From: Podarcis vaucheri
Taxonomy: Eukaryota
Length of the DNA: 64,000 nucleotides
Reading direction: 5' to 3' (one strand)
Assembly: GCA_965113315.1 (NCBI GenBank)
Contig: OZ220364.1
The notes under the pieces were generated by a model. That model did no database searches, was not told the DNA's origin, and worked only from the letters and a program-made list of their open reading frames with translations. How positions within the stretch are numbered: the stretch's first letter is position 1; the number at the start of each line of letters is the position of its first letter. A program made the translations under genes and the position numbers. Positions 13,932-25,200 of the stretch are shown here, piece after piece.

Positions 13932-14442
13932 CAGTGTTTCCCAACCGGTGTTCCGCGGCACACTAGTGTGCCGTGAGACACCAGCTGGTGTGCCGTGGGA
14001 GGGAGGCGGGCGGTGAGAGGCGGCGGCCGCGAGGATCCGCGTCGAGCCGGGGGCGGCTCCGCGGTGGTGGTGTCGAGCGGCGGGGCAGCGCGCGCAAAAG
14101 GGAGGAGTGCGAGACAGCGGAGGAGGAGGAGGCCGGCATGTCCGGGCAGCAGCAGCAACAGCAGCAGCAGCAACTCCCGGCGACGGCTCCTCCTCCGCCC
14201 GCTATCGCCGCCACCACCACAACAGCCGCCGCCGCCTCAGCTGCCGCCGTCCCTCAGTCCCTCGCTCTGCTGCCTCCTCCCACCCCGGCAAGGGGAAGGG
14301 AAAAAACATTCACTTTTGTGCGTCCCTCCCGGCGTGACGCTGCGCGCTGACGTCACGGGGCGGGGCTTTAATGGTGGTGTGCCGCGAGATTTTTTTCCGG
14401 TAAACAGGTGTGCCGTTGCCCAAAAACGTTTGGGAAACACTG
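13932..14442. mobile_element. Non-autonomous hAT element with GC/CpG-rich cargo
   Basis: TIRs CAGTGTTTCCCAA / TTGGGAAACACTG; perfect 8-bp TSD CCATAGAC at 13924-13931 and 14443-14450; subterminal GTGTGCCG repeats. Confidence 0.9.
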
Positions 14443-15268
14443 CCATAGACCACCTAAAGCCATCAGGGGAAATAGTACACTTTCTGTAACGTATACCAAT
14501 AGCCATGCTACTGAAAGACAACCTTGTATATTTCTGGGTATCAAATCATTTGATGTCCTCACTATTTTTAAGATCGCATTTCTGCATTACCTGATGGCCC
14601 TGTTTTACATTTGACAATGAAACCTGCAAAAGCAGGAGGAAGAACTCTGTATTTTCAAGGCAGCTTGTGTTCATTGCTCATACCTACTTCATGCGATATA
14701 CTTTGCAAGGATTCAACCAATAAATGAATAGGTTAGGATAGGGTGGGCAAAAGGATCTGAGTGATCTGCAGTAATTACTAAGGAATTCTGACTCCCTTTG
14801 GTTGAACCATAGCAACCACCTTTCCTTTCAGATTGGGCTGCTGAAATGAAGAAAATTTGGGAAGAAACTAGGATTGGATTTTGGTGAGAAAGCACTGTGT
14901 GCTACTATTGAAAACAAGTATCTGGGCTCAGATCCCACAAACTTGGAAGTTTGCTCACTTCTGGGTAAGGAGATTCTATTTTAAATTTAGCAAACTTTGC
15001 AGCACTATATAAAAACACTGGGCTCTCAAGAATGAGGATTTGCATTTGGTTCTAGGTGTGTTTCCAAAGGGTTAAATGAGCTAATCCTAAAACGTACAGC
15101 ACCCTGAGTGCTTAGGACAGGATGCACCAATGGCTATGCTAATGCAGTGTCATAAACACTGACAATTATACAGCACAAGGATTTAGAAGCGGGATACCAA
15201 ATTTTATCTCCCTGATATCTCAAATAGCCCATAGCTATTTTCTGAATTAATCAGGGAACTTTGCTTAC

Positions 15269-15339
15269 CTGGGGTGTGAGGTTACGGAGGACCAGCCAGC
15301 TACTTGTTCTTCCTGAGCTGTCAGTACTCCATGCTGAGC
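15269..15339 (-). CDS. TNRC6C: TNRC6C exon (71 nt) GSAWSTDSSGRTSSWLVLRNLTPQ, start of RRM
   Basis: GTATAG| acceptor, CAG|GTAAGC donor; phase 1-0; not in ORF track. Confidence 0.92.
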
Positions 15340-15540
15340 CTATACCACAAAGAAAGGAAAGATTATGGAGAGCCTAACCCAACTTACTGAATGAAGGCTA
15401 TACAACATGCAGGACACAAACATGAGGAATACAACTGCTATACAGATTCCTAATAAGGAGGTGACTTATCAAATGCCCACTAACCTCTTTTTCCTTGGTA
15501 GTGGCCCTGAGACAGTACTGTAAATACCTATACCACCATC

Positions 15541-15632
15541 ATGCATCAGATAACGTGGACTCTAGTCCATAAAAGCTAATGCAATAATAGCCTTTGAGGT
15601 GCCACAAGAATCTTTGCTGTTTTTTTGCTGCA
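15541..15632 (+). mobile_element. Decayed Penelope-like terminal fragment
   Basis: GCATCAGATAACGTGGACTCTAGTCCATAAAAGCTAATGC...AGGTGCCACAAG; hammerhead core mutated. Confidence 0.5.
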
Positions 15633-16240
15633 GGTTACCCCCCTGGAAACTGCAGAACTGATGTCTCTCTAAAGTCAGTGATGCTATGTTTCAGTAGCTA
15701 TGAGGTGAGCTTAATGACATGATAAGCAACCTGTGGCCTTTTCTGTTGTTATCCTTTGACACTGTTATCTGTCAAGTTTTGTTTTACAAAATGGCCAGAT
15801 CATGATTTTAAAGATTGTGTTTAAAGACAATAGTTTCAAATGCTCAGAAGGCAATTTCAAAAGGATATTGCTGCTTCCACACCTCCTGATTTTCAGATAT
15901 GCCGAGTTAAGGCCCCAGGAGTCCAGCTTATCATATTTGAATAGGTGATGTGACAGGGTACTTGCATAGAGCAGAATGCCATGTAAGGCACGGGATGAAT
16001 GAAACAGATTAAGAACGTATCTTCCAGCTGTGATCCAGACATCTAGCACCCATTATATGTACAATAAAGCAAGCAATTCAACTCTAGATTTCCAGTTCAT
16101 TATTTCCTCTATACTAAGGCAGTGTTAATTGCTGAACCTGCACTGCTTCGACATTTAAATGGCAGCATTTTAAAAAGGCACATGACTTCCAAAGTCAGGT
16201 GGGTTACTGCACTGAAGCTGAAATTTGAATCCTTGTTATT

Positions 16241-16259
16241 TGGCCACCAGGTGGCGCTC
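16241..16259 (+). promoter_or_regulatory. CTCF-binding motif
   Basis: TGGCCACCAGGTGGCGCTC closely matches the CTCF core consensus. Confidence 0.6.
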
Positions 16260-16665
16260 ATAAAAAGCTAATAATGTGTGTTTTTCAAAGGGTTGATGGG
16301 AGCATTTCATTTCCACACTTACTGGTAAAACAATAAATATTGTGACACGTGAAGAAATCCATCTGAAACAGTGTATGGTGTGTGAAACAGAAGTAGCCAA
16401 ATAAATGGATCATAAGGTAAGGACAGGGAGAAATCTTTTTATGGATTTTGCATCTTATGGGAAGCTATGTATGCCTTAGTTACACATCTTCCCTTCATTC
16501 AGAATTAACTTGCACAGTTTTGCAAATAATTGGCATTGCTTTCCAGAGGATTCTGCCTGGTGCTGCACTAAGGGCCCACACTTAGCAGGAACATTGGGGT
16601 GTGATGGTATCAGCTGAAGAATTTTCATTAGCAGTTTTTTAAAAAAGCAAATCTAGTAAAGCCAT

Positions 16666-16795
16666 CATAAGAAAAGACTGCTGGATCAGGCCAAGGGCCC
16701 ATCTAGTCCAGCATCCTGTTCTCACAGTGCCCAAGCAGATGCCTGTGGAAACTGGCAAGTAGGGCTTGAGTGTAAGATCCCTCTCCACTCAGCAA
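16666..16795 (+). mobile_element. CR1-like 3' fragment
   Basis: CATAAGA...CTGCTGGATCAGGCCAAGGGCCCATCTAGTCCAGCATCCTGTTCTCACAGTG, a common squamate CR1-associated tail. Confidence 0.55.
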
Positions 16796-17803
16796 GTATC
16801 CAGGACTTCTGTCCCCTTTCCACTCCACTTCCTTCCTAGCTGATTGCTCATCCCAATCATGGCTTGCCTGAATCTTTGAAATCTCCGAATATAGCTGTTT
16901 TGTGCTATAGCAAGCTGTGCCACTTGTGCTGATCCTCCAACTAATTTTGCACTAGCATCACTTATCATGGAGATCAACATGGTTCCCCCATTAGGACTGT
17001 AGGAAAACAGTGGCAAAACAGGTGCAATCATTCTTCAAAATGTTGATCTCATTTCTGCTTTTCCATGAATTCCAGAAGCTTAAGATAGTTATGTCCCATT
17101 TGCAGCACAAACAACCCAAGTCCTTCTTGCCTTTAACTGTATAGCCCTTGCTTACATTACAGTCTGAGGTTTCAACAAGGCTCTCTTGTAGCCTGTTTTT
17201 GCCTTATGGGGTAACATGCCTCGTTTTACAAAATTCTGCTTAGCATATGCAGTACAATTGTGCATTACTTTCTCTACAAAAATATGGGGGAGCAGAGAGA
17301 GAAAGCTGGATCAATACCACTTTCAGTAACTTGCAGTGATTTGGTAAATAGGTATGAACTTATACACCAAATGATATAATCATGGACACCAACAGCAAAC
17401 TCATTCTCTGAGTGTGGATCTTATCATTCATACGGAAGAGAGAGGGGTTTGCAGGCTTGGAGGAACCTCAGCCGAGCTTATTCCCCAGTAAGTCTTCAAT
17501 GGCTTTTATCCTGAATTACTGAAAGCACAACTGCTAATAGCACATAGAAATGCACCTGCCACAGAGGAAATTACTGAGAAAAGTACTTTCTGGGGAGAAC
17601 TGTCACGTCTGACTGGTTGCACGAATTTTCCATCTCAGGAATAATCCAGCAAATGAGTGCATTCCACTCACCCTTTGAGGCCTACAGATTTGCTACATTA
17701 AAAAATCTGAACACAGAGAGGGGATAAGAACAAAAAAGTTGTTGCGTTGCCCCCCCCAAAAAAAAAAATCAAGGAAAGGAAAAAAGACAGGAGTCAGGAA
17801 TAC

Positions 17804-17998
17804 CAGAGGAGTAAGAGCTGGTCCAACCCAGTGGGCTGGCACCCCAAGTAGACGATGGCTTGGTGTTTGTTAAGCCTGGAGGTGGTCTTGTAGGAGCAGT
17901 AGTGTTTCTGGGCACCTTCCACAGTTCATGGGACAGAGAGGCTTGTGTGTGAGAAATTGGGCCAGAGGACCACGTTGATTTGATGTCTGACAGTTTAC
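17804..17998 (-). CDS. TNRC6C: TNRC6C exon (195 nt) [13 protein letters not shown]...HELWKVPRN...GWTSSYSS (M2 region)
   Basis: TGTTGCAG| acceptor, CTG|GTATTC donor; phase 1-1. Confidence 0.92.
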
Positions 17999-20900
17999 CT
18001 GCAACAGAGAAATGCAATTCATGTATTTGTTAGAATGTAGTATAGGGACACTGAGTGATCCCCAGGGTTCTTTTATCTTTACACCAGCATAATAAGCACT
18101 ATAGCAAACATTGATCATAACTGGCAGAGCTTCTCTTGCTAATATATCTGCATAATTAATCCACAGCCTTTAAACATTTGTTCCTCCTGGTTTGGACAAA
18201 AGTCCCATTAGCGAATGCTTCCAGAGTCCAAACTGTAAGATCTGAAATTAATCTGACTTCTGAATAAAACAAGTTACTTACAGGTTTTAAATCACTAAGC
18301 ACATAAAATTAGTCTTTTTTTCGTCTTCTTGAACTGGAGGAACTGTCATGTTTGTTTCTGGGTATGCTAGAGGTTATGGTGGACCAAGTCCCCTGCTAGT
18401 TCCAAAAGTGATCTGCTGACAAGCCCCATTGCCCCGTCACCATATTTCATGCCTTCTCCTCTTCCTCCTCCTCCTTCTCTATCCACAGGAGGAAGAGAAT
18501 TGCTGACATCTTAAGTTATTGCCCAGCAATTACCCTGGGTGTTCTCCAACTGTTTCTAGATAGCCTGAAAGCAGTAAGAGACCACATCAGGCTGTTTCTT
18601 GCTTAACAATATGTTAACTGTTTCCTCTCCTGTTATCTGTGGGGAAAGGATGATGGGAATGAAAGGTGCAAGAGACAGGCAGATCTTGCTCCTTCTGCAT
18701 CCTTTAGTCATAGTGTATTACTGAGTCTACACTATCATTGGCATTCTTGTACCTTGGCAGCTGTTACTTTGGCTCTCAGAGGGGAGAGAGTTGACCTCTC
18801 AACTGCCATCCCAGAAATGAGAGAAGCACCTTTCTCTCCTTCTTTCTGAGGAGGGAGCGAAAGAGAGAAGGGAGTTCCTCATCTTGTTATCTCCTACATT
18901 AATCTGAAATGTTTCCACAAAGACCCCTCATGGCACAACATTTATTCCTACAATCACACATCCCTTTCTGATTCCTTTTAATCATCATTACCAGAAATGA
19001 ATGGTATGTGTTCAACGAAAGGAAAGAAATGCACATTATTAAGCATCAATCATATAAATGATGTACTTAGAGGTCAGTAAGAAAAATGCAAGATAACTTC
19101 CCAGCCTTAAAATATTTTCACATGTATATAAAGAGAGGAAGCTGGTTCACACATGCAGTACTAAACACATTTACCACGGAGTATGCCCTGTGCTGTGAGA
19201 GTTTAACTTAAACACACAGCCTTGTCCCAATGTGAACCTCAAACTTGTGTGGCCTTCCTTAAAAAAAAAAAGAGAAAAAAGAACCAGGACCTAGTCCTTA
19301 TGTTGTGTACAAATTGTACAGCTGTGATGTGTGTGAATTCACCTGCAGTCAAGTTGGTTCTCCTTCTAGAAACAATTTTTTCAACAAGATGAACTCAAAG
19401 GATAAAAACGTTAAATGCTGCAAAAATGGTCTTACAAACCATATGAGTCTGATTTAAAAGTAATATTCAATGTTGAATCTTCATTTTTTAAAAAAGAAAA
19501 CATTTTCAAAACAGTTTTACCATTATGTCACATGGTCAGTGCACAATTCACCAGAGACTTACGTTGTTAAGCAGTATATAAATGGTTGAAGTAGATAAAT
19601 GATAAGTAAAAATAGTAGTAGGAGAAAAGCTACATGAAGGAGCAGTGCATAAAAATTAAAATTAAGGGTAAGTAAACTTGTTTTATTTCCTTTTAAAGAA
19701 TTGTTAATAGGTAATCTTTTAAAAATACACGCTTTACTGCTTAAACTAAAGAGCTGAAGATTTAAGATTGTAGCCACCGAGGCTGTCCTTTTAATACAGG
19801 ACTTCTGCCTGTGCAATGGGATTTCCTCTCCCTCTCTTGTCCCCATGCCTGTCATCTGCTCAGGAGGGTTGGGGGAACCCCCAGAACAGATTTGGGGACA
19901 GCGGCACATGGGAAGAAGATATTCCACTACACAGACAAAAGCCCTTGAGCTGAAAGAAGAACTTGGTTGGATGCAAGCCTTAATGGGTACATAAATGTAA
20001 GAAACAAAAAGCATGGCTACCTGAGCACAGGTCTGCATGAATGTAAATGACATTGGTGAGCTGTAGAAAAAGTTTCCACAAGCCACCAAGATCATTTACA
20101 TTCATGCAGACCTGTGCTCATGTAGCCGTTTTTGGTGTCTATTCTGTGTTGTTTGCCCCATATGGTTCCCAAAGCAAGCCCGTGGAGAGGGGAGATCTGA
20201 AATAGAGTATAAGATTCCAGCTGTACACCAGTTTCTCAGGACTTGAGGCAGTGTGGGCTTAGTAAAGAAAAACAGCTGAGCTTTCCCTATTACTTACAGA
20301 TTTCAGCTTAAACTGCCCATTAAGAAATTCACAGTTACTGGAATTATCATTTGGACTATCTAGGCCTGCATCCAGCTGTGGTGGTAGGTTACATATTGTT
20401 TACATCAAGGGGGCCAAAGTACTGTAAGAAGACCATGTAACTCAAAAACAGGAAAAATAAATGTTCAAAATATTTTTGAGGTTTTGGGCTACAGTAAAAA
20501 AACATCAGATCCATGGGCTGTCCAGTTGCTGGCTGAAAAGGAGTTCAGCATTCCTTTCCATTTTCAGCAGTGGGAAACCCAATACCCTCACAGTCTTCAG
20601 TCTGGAGACCAAAATAAAACAGTATCATGTCAACATATTAACATTTTGATCATGGCTCTCAAAAATTACCTATCTGCTAGATGTTAAGTGTCTTATTTTG
20701 GCCAATCAATTAAAATGCATAAATTTATAACTGCAACATTGCTGGCATTTTCATTCTAGTTAGGGTAGGCCTGGCAATATCTGCAGGTTGAAGCCCCACG
20801 TCTCTGGGAGAAAATTAGGTGGCAGTGGCAAGGGTAACTTGAGAAAGTTTGCATATACAAAGTCCTCAGCACTGCTCAGGAAAAAAGTAAGCAGCAAGCA

Positions 20901-22130
20901 CCTGTTCTCGCAGTAAAAGCATTGTGCCCCACCCCTTCTAGTGTGTGATATGCAATGTGGGGGTGCATGGCACAATGATTAAAAGCTGCACTGTGATTAA
21001 AAGCTGCACTGGCTGCTGACCTAGCCCCTGTCTCCAGGTAGGAACAAAACATGTGAACAGAAATGACCCTATTCCTTTTGAAATGAAGAGAAAAGAGAGG
21101 AGAGGAGGAGGAGGAGGAGAAGCTGGGCCTTCCCATGAACTCCTACAACATGAAGGGATCAAGCTCATCACCTTTTCCTATCTATGGCGCTGGGAAGAAA
21201 ACCAGGCTAAGCATTGCCAAAAAACCTTTTATGGCCTGTTTTGTTCACCCCCTTCCCCAGGTCAAAGAGGAAGTCACAGGACCAAGACAGTAGGGCTTTT
21301 TGCTTCAATTTGGCAAAAGTTTAGGCTGGCCCGGAATAAGGCAAGCTATTTATTGTTTGGAAACAAATCTTACCTTTACAATACAAGCACAGGTGTTCAT
21401 TTTGTAATAAGATGCATCATATGAAAAGGGCATGATCAAGAAGGCCACTTGGGAATTTAGAGATGGGCAATAGGGACACAATTTGTTGCTGCCCCCTGTT
21501 TTCCCAATTGAGTCCACTTGCACCTATTGATCCCAGGGTGGCTGAACAAAGCAAGATTGCTGACAGCATCTTGAAAATTGCTGGGTATGTGTTAGAAATA
21601 ATGGAATTTCAGCCACATATATGTTGACAGTGACCACACTGCCCACTTTCTGCTTCATCAAGACATTTGCTGAGATGGGTAGGCAAAGTTGGGAAGGGAA
21701 GGGAGAACAAGGAGAAGTGAAAGACTTTGGTTGTATTGATCAACTTATTTCCAGGAAATGAGAAACACAACATCAGACAAGCTATGCTCTTTATTCCACA
21801 ACTTCTGTTGATGCAACAGTATAAGCTAGTTTGAATGATGGTCAAAAGCTTTCCTGTTTTCATGAACAGAATTTAGTCCGATATGCACCAAGGCATTGGC
21901 ACTCTAATTTATGTTTCTCATTTTGAAGTATTTTCAGTGCCAAACATCCCCGTTACATATTCATCACTGCCAAACTCTCAGGACAGTTACTGGACTGAAG
22001 GAGCACAGTATGCAAAAGACATGCGGCACACCTATAGGACCATCATTACCACATTGAGCAGAAGCCTTTCAAGAACCTCCTCTCTTTGTGGATAAAGAGG
22101 GACTCTAAGTAGAAAGACCATTGGTCGTAC

Positions 22131-22247
22131 CTGCAATGCTAGGTGCGGATGCAATGCTGCTGAAAGAGCTACTGTAGCCGGAGGCACTAAGTGGCCAGGC
22201 ACTCGATGAAGGCAGCGTGGCATTCTGAGATGATGTTGGGGATGACC
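22131..22247 (-). CDS. TNRC6C: TNRC6C cassette exon (117 nt) GSSPTSSQNATLPSSSAWPLSASGYSSSFSSIASAPSIA
   Basis: TTCTGCAG| acceptor, CAG|GTACGA donor; symmetric phase 1-1; resembles the insert I recall in the longer human isoform. Confidence 0.85.
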
Positions 22248-25200
22248 CTGCAGAACCAGCAAAGAAGCAACTAAGAAAGATGGGCAGAATGGTGTCTACT
22301 GTAGCATATGCAATTCTAACACCGTCATGTGCAAACAGAAACCATGCAAGGTAAGATGCTAACCCAGCCTTGCCTTTGAGGTCTAGGAATGAAATGTTAT
22401 AGGAAGCATGATCCGATGCAGCAGAACTAAGTACCAAAAAAGGGTGGCACGGTGACAAGGGTAGTTGTGCCCATGCAGAAGGATACATTCTATCTCTCCT
22501 TAAACTGTTATTTCCAAGAAGGTGACATTCATTGCCACCGTATCCAGGATACATGAATCGTAGATGAAAAATGTTTATGAAAATGCAGCTATATCAGTTG
22601 TGGTGACCCATGTGTCAGAAAGTTAAAAGCATCGTTCTGTGCAAGGCAGGTCAGACAGATGTGCTCATCTCGGCCCCACTTGCCTTCGACAATCCCTGCA
22701 ACTGTCGCCAGCCAATCCCACCCCCTCCAGCTTTGTAGCATGGGATGTTCCCACAAGCCTCAGCAAAATAAGTCACATCACAGGCCAAGGCCAGAGCTGC
22801 AGGACCAAATGCCTCCACGGATCTGCCCTGGGAGCTGAGTGTCACGTCTAGTACTCTGCAGCCACTGTGCAACTGCCACATTCAGGCTATTGAAAACCAA
22901 TAGGGTGGTCAAGTTGCTAGAAGCCACCTGAAATTATAAATTCTCTTGTAATGCTTCTTAGACAGAGGCACACAAATTACTTTAGAAGTTATTTATATAG
23001 TCAGAAGGGCTAAACATGACTTACACACATGGCATCTTGTTGGTATAGGTAACTTATATATGAAGGAAGAATCTCAAGGGGGAAAGCCCAAATAATCGAA
23101 TCCAATCTAACATTAGCATTACTATACAAGTGGACAACAACTCTATTCTAATAAATTAAGGGACTATCCAAGTTTTCAGATGTGGTGGAGCAAACATCAG
23201 CCATTCATCTTAAAGGCTTAAGGGTCCCACGGTGAACTCATCTATGTTAGATTGTGTTGTGTGAATATATCCTCTGTTTGAGGTACCTTGCTATATTGTT
23301 GTGAAGACTAGATGTATATATGAATGGTTTTTAAATGAGAGAATCACTCTTCAGTGACTGGTTTGCTGCAATATGTCTTGCTCTTGCACCCAGCATTTTC
23401 AGTAATAACACAGGGCTGATCCATATGCTGTGCGGCTGCAGCACCCACATTAATAGGGCTCCCTGGTTTTTATTTCTCTGCCTGCTCAAACACTGAAAAA
23501 TATGCAGGCACTGTGATGGGACATCTGTGCATACCTCACATATTCAGCCCCTTCTCTCCAGGCCTTGCAAGTTACTTGTAGTCATAGCGTAAGTATCTTG
23601 TATTGGGCAGAGGACAGACTGGACTGGCATGCATGAGATGTACAGAGATGCTCCTTTCTGTCTAACATCCTATCACACCACCTGCATGCATGTCTGTGAG
23701 GCTTGGGGGCGGGCAGAGGGGAAGCAGATCTCTTCCGAGCCTAGTTGAGCTTTTTACCTACATTTGCTACTCCTACAAGAAGATAATGTCCAATGTATAT
23801 AAATTCAGAAAATGGAAAGTTGATGTTATTTTCTGAGTCTCGAAAAAAGCTGGTCGTTATCTTGTACAAGTATTTCATAACAAGATAACTATACATACTA
23901 AAACCAATTGTAACACAAAGTTGTGTGATAACTTCTGCTCCAGGATCAATGCTCCAGTGAAAAACCAACAGTATAAAACCCACAAAGAAACTGCATGGTG
24001 CTACATAATGTTTTGCGTATCCCACACTCATGTGGACTGCATCATCCCAGACTATAAGGAAGTCAGTTGAGCAGTCAGTGAGTGTTGCATGAAACCAGTG
24101 CTTTAGTTCCCATGAGCATATATATATACTTGAATGGCTCCCATGCTTCCAGGAAATCAGCAAATCAACCAGATTATATGTTTGCCATATATGGTGGTGA
24201 TCCTGCCTTAGCACATGGGGGGGAGTTGGATCTATGGAAAATTATGAAAGGAAAATATTACTAAAATTACTTTAAAAGTCTTGGAAGCAGAATGCTTACA
24301 TTGAGTCAATACATGTAAGAAGATTGTAAGTGGTATACACCTAAATTTTACTCAGAGTAGACCCATTTAACTTAGACCTAACTTAGTCATGTTCATTGAT
24401 TTCAGTGGGTCTGCCATGAGTAAACTTAGCTGAACACAACCCTATGGCTCAGCTCACATGAATGAACCTCACACGCTTGTGCATTCATTCATTCCCTCAT
24501 GTATTTTTATTTCTTCCCATACTTCCTAGTTCTCAGCAAAGCCATTTCAGGATGGTTTGCCTCCAAACCAGAACTAGAAACCAAGATCAAATGATGGTTT
24601 CTAGTTCTGTGTTTGCTAAGAACCAGGAAGTGTGGGAAAGAACTGAAACATCTGAGGAAAGGAAATAATAAGTCAGCCTGAGGCTCATTCATTTAATGAA
24701 AAAGCATGGTTTGGCATTACAGCTGAAGTAAGTCAAAGTTGCAGCAATGCAGATACTGTGGTAAAAATACACCAGTGAAAGAGTAAAAGCCTGAGAAGAG
24801 AGATCTTGCACTGAAGACACTGGGTAGGTTCAGAGTAACTAAAGCATAATTTAGCAATATGAGAACAAGCCCAATCATTCTGTGGGTTTGCATTCTATCC
24901 ACTTCTCTTCCAAAATGGCTGTGAGGAGGAATTACCATGTCCAAACCAGTGCATCTTAACTATGGTTAGTGACAATAAGCCAACTTTGAACCATAATTTA
25001 TGAAGCTGGCCTATTTTCACTAACCATAGTTAAGTCTAACCACAGTCTAGTTTTCAAATGATCTCCTTGTGCTTGCATCACAGGGGGAAGAGGCCCAAGG
25101 CCAAGGGGAATTGAGGCACATTTTAATAACATTTTGCTGTGGTTTAACATTATGTCCAAACACAGACAATCTATTTTGGTGTGAAGATTGCAGGTATGAT

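Noticed and set aside
13973-14489. GC-rich overlapping ORFs as an independent gene
   Set aside because: Essentially confined to a TIR/TSD-bounded transposon; open frames on both strands are expected at this GC content.
19343-19365. Possible 23-nt frameshifting micro-exon (TTTCTAG|...CAG|GTGAAT on minus)
   Set aside because: Weak polypyrimidine tract interrupted by an A run; such AG/GT pairs arise by chance.
20976-21011. 18-bp direct tandem duplication (similar ones near 11457-11499 and 50312-50351)
   Set aside because: Two-copy slippage duplications with no spacer array; not CRISPR-like and no function evident.
24420-25160. Decayed AACCATRGTT-rich quasi-palindromic stretches (also near 40000-40700 and 46100-47300)
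   Set aside because: Probably old lizard repeats, but ends and family cannot be defined by eye.
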